The notes beneath the pieces were generated by a model. That model made no database searches. It had not been told where the DNA came from and saw nothing but the letters and a program-made list of their open reading frames with translations. Of a stretch of 64,000 nucleotides of DNA, positions 27,719 to 39,910 are shown piece by piece (within the stretch, counting starts at the first letter, position 1; every line of letters begins with the position of its first letter). The stretch is from Octopus vulgaris (Eukaryota): positions 67,456,001 to 67,520,000 of the forward strand of contig OX597818.1 of NCBI GenBank assembly GCA_951406725.2, in the 5' to 3' direction. The position numbers and the translations under genes are program-made.

Positions 27719-27894
27719 TTACGTTATTTACATTATTTACATTTGACGAATATTTGTCCTCTTCTTATTGGTTGTTAACACGTTTCTAGTAATATAACCT
27801 CCAGCATTCATTAGGTGTCTTGGGGAGATTACGAACCTGGGTTCCCATTCCTAAAGAATTTTTCGATGTTAATATTATTATTATTATTATTATT

Positions 27895-27952
<58 letters not shown>

Positions 27953-28077
27953 CCATTATTATTGCGTAGTGGTTAAGAGCGCGTGCTACTAACCACAAGC
28001 TTCCGAGTTCGATTGCAGTCAGTGAACTGAGTAATAACAACAACAACAACAACACTAATAATAATAATAATAATGAT

Positions 28078-28138
<61 letters not shown>

Positions 28139-28238
28139 TCGAATTCCCCAAGACACCTGATGGAGGCTGGAGTTTATATCAGCAGAAACGTTGTGTTAAC
28201 AAACAAGATGAAGAGAAATATCCGTCAAATGTAAATAA
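27719..28238. mobile_element. Family D fold-back insertion: inverted partial copy (27719-27960, -) plus tRNA-headed HHR unit (27962-28238, +)
   Basis: Plus unit: GCGTAGTGG..GAGTTCGATT head, (AAT)n, then GACAC-CTGATGG-AGGCTG..CAGCA-GAAA-CGTT-GTGTT at 28152-28197. The left arm is the reverse complement of the tail. Confidence 0.85.
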
Positions 28239-30539
28239 TATGAGATTTTACTATCTAATTCCTTGATAAATATTCAGCGCCAAAGAAAGAAGTGTAGACA
28301 GGATGGCCATCACCAGAATGCATTTGTAAATATAGGTTCTCTCCCTAAAGAATCGACTGGTGACAAAATGCAACAATATAGGTCTGCCACGTGTCCCACA
28401 AGTGCAACAAACAATTCCGCGTTAACCACCTGAAAATATCAATATTCTGGAAAAATGGTATTTTATTAAATATCTTGGAATAATGGAAAATAAAAATAAA
28501 TCAGAATGAAAGAAAATGAAGGTCGAAACAGATCTCCATCGCCATTGTAATGGTCCATTGTTAGCGTTTCAAACTGCTGCTACAAATATAGCTCAGTTTT
28601 GAAATATTATTTTGATCAACATTACAGTGCCATTTTTATGTAAGGACGCACACGTGTGTGTGTGTATGCGTGTGCGTGTGTGTGTGCTTGTGTTTGCGCG
28701 TCTATGTGCGCGTGTGCCTGTGTATGTGTATGCACATATTATACAAACTGAATGATGATGATGACGATGATGATGATAATGAGAAACAATAATTGAAATG
28801 TGGATAACAACAGCTGGAGACGAGATACTAACATTAAAAGTATATTATACCGAAAATGTATAGAATTGTTCCAGAAAGAATGCTCTATAACCTTTGCATG
28901 TGACATATTAATACTTATTTTCTATACAACTGCTTATAACCAGAAGGGGAAAAAAAACAACTTCAAAGTCGTCAACACTGCTATTAACATAGTCATCGAT
29001 GATAGATCAATATTGAACTGAGCCAAAATTCAAAGCGATTCTTGCAGACAGTTCAGACAATACCAAAATAGGGTAAAGGAAACAATATATACCAAATATC
29101 AAGTATTGAATAACAATTCGTGCATTTTTGGTAAAAGGCCACATGTTTTTACAAGAAGGATCAGTCTACCACCGTAGTAGAGTGTTAGATATCTAAATGC
29201 TGTTCCATGCTAGAGTATATATTCTATAGAGATTTTAGTTAACTCGAGGGATGCAGAAGTGACAGATGCATTTGATACTGCTCATTAGAGAATCGTAATG
29301 CAGCTATAGTTATTTTCTTTTACAACGAATCAGTAATTCCTTGCATATTTCAGCGGCCACAAAAGCACAAAGTTAATATTGGCAATATTTGAAACTAGGA
29401 TCTGAAGAATAATTCTTAAATATCGGAGAGCTTTTTCTGTTCTACAAATTTTAAAGGTGTATTATTTTAAATTATATAAAGAGACAACAAAAATACGTTT
29501 ATCACCCTAGTATGAATGTAATTATTTTAAATGTTATTTCTTTCCCCATAGACTTCCTTAAAAACATTTTGATAAAATATTCTCGTTAATTTTAATTATA
29601 TACACTACAGATAATTTGTCTCCCCTTGTGAAATATAGGCACATGAAATATTTGAGTAAAAAACGACTTTGATAAAGAATTTCCGCTTCCTTTCTCTTGG
29701 CTATTATTTTGGCAAATAAGTTGTGTTAATTACATACACAGTTTTTGAAAGGAAATTTGCAAGAGACGGGAAGGTATGCACAATGGTTCCACACCGCATA
29801 ATTTGAGTTTGGGGCTGAATCAAATGTTTTGCAATATTTTGGTAACTTATTTGCTTCTTTTGTCAACTTACAAAAAAGTGCAGCCTAGTATTCAAAATAG
29901 AAGCGATTGTGTTGCACTGTGTGAGGCAACTTTTCTCTCAGTTATTTTATCCGGCTCTGATATCAGTTCTTAATTTTCGAGGCGAAGAACTACTTCACTG
30001 AAACTACCACCTCTTCTTGTGTGACCAAGTGTTTCGAAATAGTAACCAAACCTCCTTGAGGTTGCTCTTGACATCTTTAATCAAGAAAGCTATAAACTCA
30101 TTACGTAGCGATAAAATAATGCAATCTTGAACAAAAAATCTCTAAATGAGAGATGAACTGTTCACAGCTTGGTTATAACTTAGATTATTTCTATTTCTAT
30201 ATTTGTAATTCTGTTTGGTCTGGATCAAAATTGACTTGTTTCTATATAATAACACACACTCATATGTAGAAACTATTTGTCTAAACGCAGTTTTTTTCTA
30301 ACACAAACATGTTCAAGAGAATTGGTAAAAATAAATATTTCAAGTTTGAAACTCGTGATCCCTATTCTTTTTTTTTCTTTGAAGTAAGTTATGTTTATCA
30401 AGAAAAGCTCTCCCTTGTGACAATTTTCAAAAATTCGTTAATATAATTTTGAATGTATGGTGGTTATCAATATATTCATAACTGCCAATACATGGAAAGA
30501 TTTTATCTACATTATCACTAATATACTATAAATTCGCTT

Positions 30540-30757
30540 CAGGCAGTGAACTTCCAGAATCGTTTGCACAACGGGCAAAATGTTTAACGGTATTTCGTTT
30601 GTCTCTTTGTGTTCTGAGTACAAATTCTGCCGTGGTCGACTTTTAACTATCATCATATTTGGAGGGAGTAACTAAGCACCAGATGAACTCTGGGGTCAAC
30701 GTAATCGACTTACCTACCTCTAAATTGCTGGGCTTGTGACGAAATTTGAAACCAATA
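30540..30757 (+). mobile_element. SINE family C, diverged
   Basis: GGTATTTCGT..GTTCTGAGTACAAATTCTGCCGTGGTCGACTTT, with tail GAAATTTGAAACC. Confidence 0.7.
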
Positions 30758-31497
30758 TACAACATATATATATATATTATAAATTTCTCCAACATGTAAT
30801 ATATAAATGTGTATATTCTGCATCGGTGCAACAATGACGAAAATAACACTAGAAATGTTCTCTATATTTGTACTTCGGATCTGAGTTAATATAGATGATT
30901 TGTTTGACAATTTTCCATTTTAATTAACCCTTTGCAGCCAATGTACATATTTTAATTACATACAAGGTGAAAATGCGACATTTCTATCACTCACACAGAA
31001 CATATTGATTCATTGAATAAATTAAGACACAATTGCGAGCTGAATTTGTATGCTATTAATATCATTTGTAACTCTAAAAGGGAACATATTTGGAAAGAGA
31101 AACTCATTGCAGAAAGTGAGTGTGAAAGGCTATTCAATGAATCGCTTGATATGAGTTCACAGAAGTTATAAATTGAAGGTCTTTTTGTGTTTTTATCCGA
31201 CAAAATTTGTAATTCTTTTCTATTCTCAGGTAAACTACTGTAGAGCAATGTACTACCGTATATCAAAATTATATACATAAATGTATGTATATAGGAGTGT
31301 ACATGTATTTGTATATATTAACGTTGGTACGACAGGATAAGGCATCCAGTTAGAGCCCTGATTCGAGATTTCCATCGTTTTCAGGTGTGTGAATCCATTC
31401 CTTCGTCACTGTTGCTCCCCACTCTGCTATGACATGGAATATTAGCAACTGGGAAGATCACACTTTTAAGGCAATTACCATATAAATCTGGAAGCTT

Positions 31498-31730
31498 TGG
31501 TTAGGGCAGTGGACTTGCAATCGTAGGATAGCGGTTTCGATTAGCAGACTGGGCGTTGCGAGTGTTTATTGGGCGAAAACACCTTAAGCTCCACGAGGCT
31601 CCAGCAGAGCCTGTTGGCGAACCCTGATGTACTCTTTCACCACAACTTTCTCTCACACTTTCTTCCTGTGTCTGCTGTTGTTGTATTTCAAAGGGACCAG
31701 GCTTGTTACACTCTGCGTCATGCTGAATCT
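31498..31730 (+). mobile_element. SINE family A, partial
   Basis: TGGTTAGGGCAGTGGAC..GCGGTTTCGATT..AAGCTCCACGAGGCTCC..CACCACAACTTTCTCTCAC. Confidence 0.85.
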
Positions 31731-32011
31731 CACGTGCCCAGAGCTCGCCAGACCGCGACCTGTGACTAGGCACTACCCACAGAAGTGTGTATTACTGAAA
31801 TCCAGTGACGCACAGGCGATATATTATGAATAACACTTATTTCAATCAATCTACCTAAAGGACCACAGTGCTAGTAGACTGACACTGAGTGCACGCTTGA
31901 CAGATAAGACACCACACAAATCAGCCGAGTGACTGAGAAATACAAGGTGATAGCAGCCATCAGTGAAAATAAAACAATCATCGTTGTATACATAGCGTGC
32001 ATGCATAAATA

Positions 32012-32412
32012 TATTTATTTCTTTATTGCCCACAAGGGGCTTAATATAGAGGTGACAAACAAGGACAAAGGGGTTAAGTAGATTACATCGACCCAAGTGC
32101 GTAACTGGTACTTAATTTATCGACCCAGAAAGGACCTCAGCGGAATTTGAACTGAGAACGTAGCCGCAGACGAAATACCTATTTCTTTACTACCCACAGG
32201 GGGCTAAATACAGAGAGGACAAACAAGGACAGGCAAACGGATTAAGCCGATTACACCGACTCCAGTGCACAACTGGTACTTAATTTATCGACCCCGAAAG
32301 GATGAAAGGCAAAGTCCACCTCGGCTTAATTTGAACTCAGAACGTAGCGACAGACCAAATAACGCTAAGCATCTCACCTGGTGTGCTAACATTTCTGCCA
32401 GCTCACCACCTT
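32012..32412 (-). mobile_element. SINE family C tandem dimer
   Basis: A full unit (32412-32182) is followed by a head-less unit beginning GGTATTTCGTCTG. Confidence 0.85.
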
Positions 32413-32769
32413 TTATATGTAAATATATATTTATGCTGTGACTGACATGTTACTCCAGTGAGTTCTATGCTCCACGTCTTGGACTGGTTGCAGAGTTGTC
32501 TTCTTAAACTTGTATTTCATCTCTCGTTCCTCTGCATCGGGCAACATTTTAGGCAACGCTGGTGTGATCAACTGAATGAACCACTGGACGCTAAATACAT
32601 TTGAACAGCATGAATGAATTATTCCCAGTGATCTACTTCATCAGAGACCTCACAGAATGCGCAAGATATATCTCCGGTCCCGCGCTACAGATCACATTCA
32701 TAACTAGTGGGTTGCTTTGCTATAATCTTTATGCAAACTCTTGAACTAATTACTGTAGAAATTTGAATA

Positions 32770-34031
32770 CAGGGTGCGTAAGGGAATAGAGGGCATACAT
32801 TTTGGGGTCATTGCTGCATGTTTTGCCAACTCTGTTTAATCCTTGTTTTAGAAAATTATAATAGCAGACTCTCAGCTTACTGAAGAAATGAAGAGGCATC
32901 CTGTTATTGTGCCTACAAAGTCTGAGCATAGCGATTTAGAAATATCTCGACTTTTACAAGTTGCCATATCTGGCATCTACAAAGTGTGTAAGGAGTTTGA
33001 GACTGAAGATGGAAACGTATCACCAGTATCAAAGCATAAAAGAAACATTATAATCGGTCTGAAACGTGAATTTATCCAGGAAGTTCAACAGACCATTTAT
33101 TACAATCCCAGAAAGTCCATGAGGTCAATTGCAAAGGATCTCCATGTGTCAGAAGGAACAGTCATAAATGTTGACCACGAATACTTCAGATAGAAATCTT
33201 ATATGATGAGAAAATGCCAATTTGTCAGAAAAAGCAAAATATCACAACATCAGATCTAAAAGGCTCTTAAACTAAAAATTCCAGCAGAAGATTTCATTTG
33301 GCCTTTCTGATACGGGAAAAACTTCAACCAAGACCAATACGTTCACACAAAAAATGACAGATGTTTATGTGCAGACATTTCTGAGGTTCCAAGTGTCACG
33401 CCTAGAAAATATCCTGCAACTGCCATGGTTTTAGGCGTCATCAGCAATGAAAGACATGTGATACGTCCTTACTTATTTCTACAAGGACTCAGAGTTAACT
33501 CTGCCGCCCGCATTGAGTTCCTGTAAATAATTGTTAAGGCTTGGATAGACAGTGCATGGAATGGAAGGCCATATGTGTTTTAGTAAAACTCTGCACAATC
33601 ATACATGGCTCTAGTAAAACAGGAATGGATGGCTGAAAAATTCCATGATCAAATAAACCCTAACATTTGTCTTCCTAATTTCCCAGATCTCAATTCATTG
33701 GACTATTACATGTAGACCGTTGTTGAGAGATAGGACAATGAACACGCCCATAAAACCAAACATTCTTTCAAAGCTGCCATAGTCAGAGTAATGTCCAAAA
33801 TGAACCAGGACCACTTGATTCGAGCATGTAGATGATTTAGATCCCATACAGAATTAATTGTTGAAGCTGAAGGTTGCTTCATCGAATATCATTATAGAAA
33901 AGAAGGTTTATTTTTATGCTGATAGAACTTTTGATAAATTTATTATAAATTATTATATATCTGTTTTTTATTAATTTTTATTAATTTTTTTTATAAATAT
34001 AAATCTGTCCTGAAATATCTTACGCATCCTG
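32770..34031 (+). mobile_element. Decayed Tc1/mariner DNA transposon, DD37D (maT) family
   Basis: TIRs CAGGGTGCGTAAG / CTTACGCATCCTG with left TA flank. HTH NPRKSMRSIAKDLHVSEGTV. Catalytic region YVF**NSAQSY...LPNFPDLNSLDYY has 37 residues between the mutated second D and the third D. Multiple stops. Confidence 0.88.
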
Positions 34032-34104
34032 CATATTATCGTGCTTCATTTGATTTTATACATGCGATCTCATTCCTTCTCCACATATCCTTAACACTTC
34101 AACA

Positions 34105-34385
34105 GAAGAACCTGCCCCGTGATATTAACGTGTAAGTGGTTGAGCACTCCATGGACACGCATACTTTAACGTAGATCTGAGGGCAATTCAGCGTGACACA
34201 GAATTTAAAGATTTTGGCCTTTTAAATTATAGGTACAGCAGAGTACCTGTAATTTAACTGAGTGGACTGGATCTAGTCGAAATAAAGTGTCTTGTTGAAG
34301 GACAGAAAGCACCGCCGTGAATTGAACGCATGACCTTAGTGTCTTGAGCCGAATACCCAAACACAACGGCACGCACCTTCACACA
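34105..34385 (-). mobile_element. Diverged SINE with a family A-type 3' part and a different central/head region
   Basis: GTGGTTGAGCACTCC..CAGCGTGACACAG is shared with 43610-43690; it is followed by GAAATAAAGTGTCTTG and a decayed tRNA-like end. Confidence 0.6.
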
Positions 34386-34413
34386 AACATGCATTCAGAC
34401 ATACACACATACA

Positions 34414-34445
<32 letters not shown>

Positions 34446-34933
34446 CACGTGAAAATTAAAGGGAAAGAGGATAACTACGGACATCTGTTTTGAAACCCCA
34501 TCACCTATATACTGATTATAAATTCATATTTATACTAGTACGAACTGTCGCACCTGCTTTTGTGAGTAAATGCCTAAAAGGCAATACGGATAAGGTAGAC
34601 TTTTCAGGGAATGAAATCAAAGAATGAACTCGCACAAGAGAAATGCAATCTTTAAGTGGAAGTGCTAAGATATGCAAGATGTTTCTCAAGCGAAAAATGA
34701 GACATTGATTTAATTATCTATTTTCCAACGATGGAACTTTGTATCATTGTTAAAGACCTGGTCGTTCCTCTGAGGGAAAATTCAAATAATGCAACACACA
34801 AGAAAACATTTATACATACATACACACACACATGCATACATACATACATACATACATACATACATACATACATACATACATACATACATACTTACATACA
34901 CACATACGTACATATTCATACATACATACATTT

Positions 34934-35256
34934 TGGCTGCCCTCTCGTTATCGAATATGGCCATTGCATGAAGCTTAACTGTTACTGGTGCTGTGATCGA
35001 ATGTGACTTTTTAGCCCAGCTAAAGATCTACAATGCCTTGTACAGAATTGGCAACTGATACCTTTACCGGTAATAGCCGGCTGTAGTTGTAACTGGGCTT
35101 TATGTTACCTTTGCATGTTTAAGTCCTCCTGCCGAATTACACTCTTTTTCACATGTCCGACAGATATGATAAGCATGGTGTGTTACACCACCAGCAGAGG
35201 CCAGGTTGTCACTCATCTGTCTCGCTTTATGACTACGAAGATGCCTCTTGAGTCCA
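34934..35256 (-). pseudogene. 3' end of an RTE-like LINE (C-terminal C2H2-like fingers plus 3'UTR)
   Basis: GLKRHLRSH..HICRTCEKECNSAGGLKHAK resembles the C-terminal Cys/His motif of RTE/BovB-type ORFs; the short 3'UTR ends in (ATGT)n. Confidence 0.55.
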
Positions 35257-35343
35257 TACATACATACATACATACATACATACATACTGAGGTTTTGATC
35301 AGTTATACTTTTACCTTCGTCGCTGTGTGCATTTTGCTTTCTA

Positions 35344-35575
35344 TGGCGGTGAGCTGGCAGAAACGTTAGCACGCCAGGCGAAATGCTTAACGGTATTTCG
35401 TCTGTCGTTACGTTCTGAGTTCAAATTCCGCCGAGGTCGACTTTGACTTTCATCCTTTCGGGGTGGATAAATTAAGTACCAGTTACGCACTGAGGTCGAT
35501 GTAATCGACTTAATACCTTTGTCTGTCCATGTTTGTCCCCTCTGTGTTTAGCCCCATGTGGGTAATAAAGAAACA
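35344..35575 (+). mobile_element. SINE family C, full length
   Basis: Canonical head, GCC/GACTTTCATCCTTTCGGGGT core and GTGGGTAATAAAGAAA tail. Confidence 0.9.
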
Positions 35576-37117
35576 TATATATTAATATGATAATCTCATA
35601 ATTCCGTTGGAAGCTCAGTTATTCACCGTAATTACTTTTAGTATAATTTCATAGACTCACACGCACACACACACACACACTTATGCACATACATAGAAAC
35701 ATACACGCATATATAGATACATAATTTATTTGATCGGGACGAGATATATCAAAGAAAGCGACGAACGAGAATGAGAATTGAGATACATGTAGAACAGCAA
35801 CTGGAACTGTAGCTGGAAGGAAACAGAATTACTTTGCTAATCCATAGAACAAAGTGAGGACGCTGCCTGTGAGTGACAAATGAAAAGCTTTGATGGAAGT
35901 GAATGGCTGATGATAGCCGTTGAGAACGAACTTGATAAAGGCAAAGATTGAATAAATCTCACAGTGCGAATGTAGAATCAATGAAATGAAGACGAAACCT
36001 TTAAGCGGTTGAGAAATTTGATCCAAAGAGTGTACATTCAATGCTATGAGAATTTCAGTGAAAGAACTCATCGGGATTTAAGGCTGCTTAGTGGATTTGA
36101 AATGATACCAAATTCGTATGGCCATCAGTTAGATCTAGATGCTCTTCTTTTATTTTAATGGTTTCAATCATTGGACTACTGCCATGCTGGAGCACTGCCT
36201 ATGTTTTTGGATGATAATTGTAGACATCTATGGGATTTCTGCATAGATAGATATTGACCGTAGTGTTGAAGCAGAAATTCAGATATTTTCGTAGAAGGCA
36301 TAGAAAAACTTTTCATTTCATTAGATCATAAAGTTGTAACCATTATTCGGATCTGGAAGCACGTCCCATGGTATTTCTTTTGTTTAGGTGTTCATGGACC
36401 ACTTGGTGTCATTTCACTCTTGATCCAGTGGGACATTGAGAATGTGATGCACTGGACGCAAGCGAGAGGGAGGTAGATATAGATAGATATAGAGTGACGT
36501 ACTAGCACTGGCTTAGTACAGTTTTCAACCCGGATACATAAATGGTCCTGGTGAAATTTTAATTCGGAACACAGAAAAACCGGGAAAATGGTAGCAAAAT
36601 TATTTTCCCTGATGCTGTAACCACTCTTCCAGTTCAACTTTATAAACACCGTGGATATCCGTTAATAAATATAAAATGAATTGAGAGCCAATTAAGTAAG
36701 ATTCTAAGTTCAAATTCTCATTTAGTTGAAACATTTCCATTAACGTATATACGTGTATATGCGTGTGTACTGGGTTACATGTAATTCCTCTTCAAATTTA
36801 CGCAAAAAACTAAATGACAATGGCTCTAAAACATTAATGATTCGCCTTCTACAGTTAAGTGTAAAGAAATCGATAGGCGTTTTGTTCGTTGTTGATATTT
36901 TAACATGAATGGAGATCGTCCATTGTATCCTCGGTTGTGTATCTTTGAACATTTTATTACTTGTCAACCTACGAAATACTTTACAATTTGAACATGTTAA
37001 TATTTTCCTTGAAAGATATTTTCTTTTGTATTCCTTTTAATCAACAAGAAAACTTACTGCTTATTTATATCGTTATTTTATTTTCAGCGTGTATACATAC
37101 ATGGTTGTGGGTTGGTG

Positions 37118-37243
<126 letters not shown>

Positions 37244-39181
37244 TACGTATGTGTTTATAGGTGTGTTGATGTTTATTGGTGCAGTTTATGAATACCATTT
37301 TCTTTATATCTGCCTCACGTACCATTATTTTTTCCCGCTATAAAACTTGACACCTGTTTCCCTGCTTTATCATCCAAAGTAAACAGCTGAGTTCAACAAG
37401 AACACTTTAATGAAACTAATGCAACTGATAATATATAACTCTCTCACCCTTTCTCTCTCTCTCACTTTAATATTCTCTTTCTCTTCATCACGTGTTATCT
37501 CTTTCCACATCTTCCATCGAATAGACATATCTTTTTTAATACATTGAGTTTCCATCGAGGCATCCATATCTACAAATAATAGAGTTTCGTTTCCTTGGTA
37601 ACAAGAATTTTATGTTTGTGTTTGCCACTTATTCTCAACAAGAAATGAGCCTCGAATGCACAGATGGCGTTGCATCAATTATTAGTTTTGCCAATCAGCT
37701 GATGCACTTGACAACACCATTTGCCAGTCAAGTGATTAGGCGTTTTGATTAGCTCTGATAACTGTATTTCCTACGCTCTTAATAGCTGAACGGTTTAGAA
37801 ATGAATTGCTAATTACTTCGTTTTCTTTGCACTAAATACAGTTTGTTTACGTTTCTCTATGGATTACTGAGGTCATAGCCACAAATTAACAGTTTATTTC
37901 TTTGTCAGACGCAGATACTCACACGTTTGTGTATGAACGCATCATATTGAAGTTATATCAAATGTGAAAGGAAGAACTTACATACGAACCATCATATATA
38001 ATACGGTTTTGCAAACTATACTTGCACACACAATTCATCTATACTTACATGCTGTGTATATATGTTCTTGTACACGAATTGATTAATGCAAACACTTCTA
38101 ATCTAATGAAATAACATTGAAACTTGATATAAATTGACAAAATTAAGTAATGTGATATGGGTATAATGTTTGCGTCTTTAAAAATATTGTCGACTTTAAT
38201 TTCATTATGGCATATCTTGTACTTTACTACAAAAATTCGAAGATCATTAGGAAGGTTAATTGTGTGTATTATAGCTAATTATGTACAAACAGTCTATTAT
38301 ATAACTAAATAGAATTCATTAGTAAAATTATGTTCTTTGCATTTTTCTTTGCTACATTTGAAATTAATTTTACAATAGATTTTTGCATTAAGCAGCTAGC
38401 TACGCTGTTAAATATGAAGGACTTACCTGGTAACAGATGAAGAAGCTATACCCGGTTGCCCTAATCCCTAGTAATAGCAGCCCAGTTTCCTTCATACCAC
38501 ATTCGAATCTCTTAAGTTACGAAAGGACGTATCAGTTAATGCAATCTTTATCCCAAACATGTTGTAGTCAGATGAATGTTTTGAAGTTGTACATTCGTAA
38601 TTATTCTTACCTCTATTCGATCCGTACACCGTGGTCTTCTAAGGTGTGTAGCAGAAACCATTAATGTTCTCAACATAATAACACTCAATGAGAAATATTT
38701 GGTGTAACACTTTGAATCCGCTCCTATTTTCATTACAGTAATTAACATACCGAAACTGTATTCAGCATTTCCTTCAAGCATAACTCATCCAATATCGTTG
38801 AGATTCATTCGACGGGATATAATCTAATCTCATACAAGTTGTATTTTCTCCATGCTTAACGCTGAAACACCAAATGAAGATAATATGTGTGTGCGTGTGT
38901 GTGCGTGTGTGTGTGTGCGTGTGTGTATTACAAATTTAGAAACTGGTATAGACACAAGAGCGCAACAACAGTATAAATAAGTGAATCTCTTTTGTTTTCT
39001 TATTGACCTGTCCACGTTTTTCTATGGAAAGACAAAGAATCTCACGGCCTTCAGCGTTCTCTCTGTTTTGCATTTCCCACTTTACAACGTACATGGATTG
39101 TTTTTTACTTGTCTTTTTTTAGTGAATTTGGTTTAGATTTGGCTGCAAAATAAGTTCCGAAATACTTTATGATACAAATTC

Positions 39182-39617
39182 GGATCATTTCGGTTTGAAC
39201 GGCAGTTTGTCTAGCGATGTCATATGAAATTGCCATCCATAATTATGACCCTAGTATCGATCTGTTGCATTTCTATCTGTTTTAGGGTTACGGTTAGGTT
39301 TAGGATTAGGGTTAGAGATGAGAGGAAGGGTATCTTTTTTTCTTCAGAAATGTAAATAAACCCAACCTGTTTCTTAAACGAGGAATATATTCATACGGCA
39401 CAGAATGTTTTTTTTACCCCAATGGACGTAATTGATTGGTTGAAATTGCAGAAATTGAAGAGCAAAAACAACAAATATCTTACAAACAATTGAATTTTCT
39501 CAATAAAGCCAAGAGAAAAAGATGTTTTATAAACACATTGTACCAGTATACGAAGTTTAAATTTATTTAGTTACCTAGAAATTATGTTAAAAACTGCCAT
39601 TCAAACCGAAAAGACCC
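39182..39617. mobile_element. MITE with ~25-bp GG...CC TIRs and 8-bp TSD (Merlin-like)
   Basis: TIRs GGATCATTTCGGTTTGAACGGCAGTT / AACTGCCATTCAAACCGAAAAGACCC; exact TSD ACAAATTC at 39174-39181 and 39618-39625. Confidence 0.85.
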
Positions 39618-39654
39618 ACAAATTCTACTTCTCTGATATTTTAATGTAATAAAG

Positions 39655-39910
39655 TGAGGGCGAATGAAGCAGTGATTAGGATCTTGAAATCACGATTTCG
39701 AAAACGCGGTTTCAATTCTTGGACGGGGAGGTATGTTTTCTTCTTGAGAAAAATACTTCATCTCAAGCTGGTCTGCAAACACTTCGACGCCTGGCGTCTA
39801 CTACACCGCGTACCTGCAAAGGTAATGTCGACTCCGGGGAGCTCATGTACAGCACAGGCATTTGAGTACTATAAGCAATCATTTACGCACGAGTGTTCAG
39901 CAAGAAACTG
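39655..39910 (+). mobile_element. Old tRNA-derived SINE-like element, related to 59860-60080
   Basis: Decayed B-box (GGTTTCAATTC); shares CACTTC..ACACCG..CTG..AATGTC with the 59860 copy. Confidence 0.45.

Noticed and set aside
35100-35256. Host C2H2 zinc-finger gene exon
   Set aside because: No TGEKP linkers or splice context, and it is followed by a retroelement-type tail and microsatellite; better explained as a LINE 3' end.
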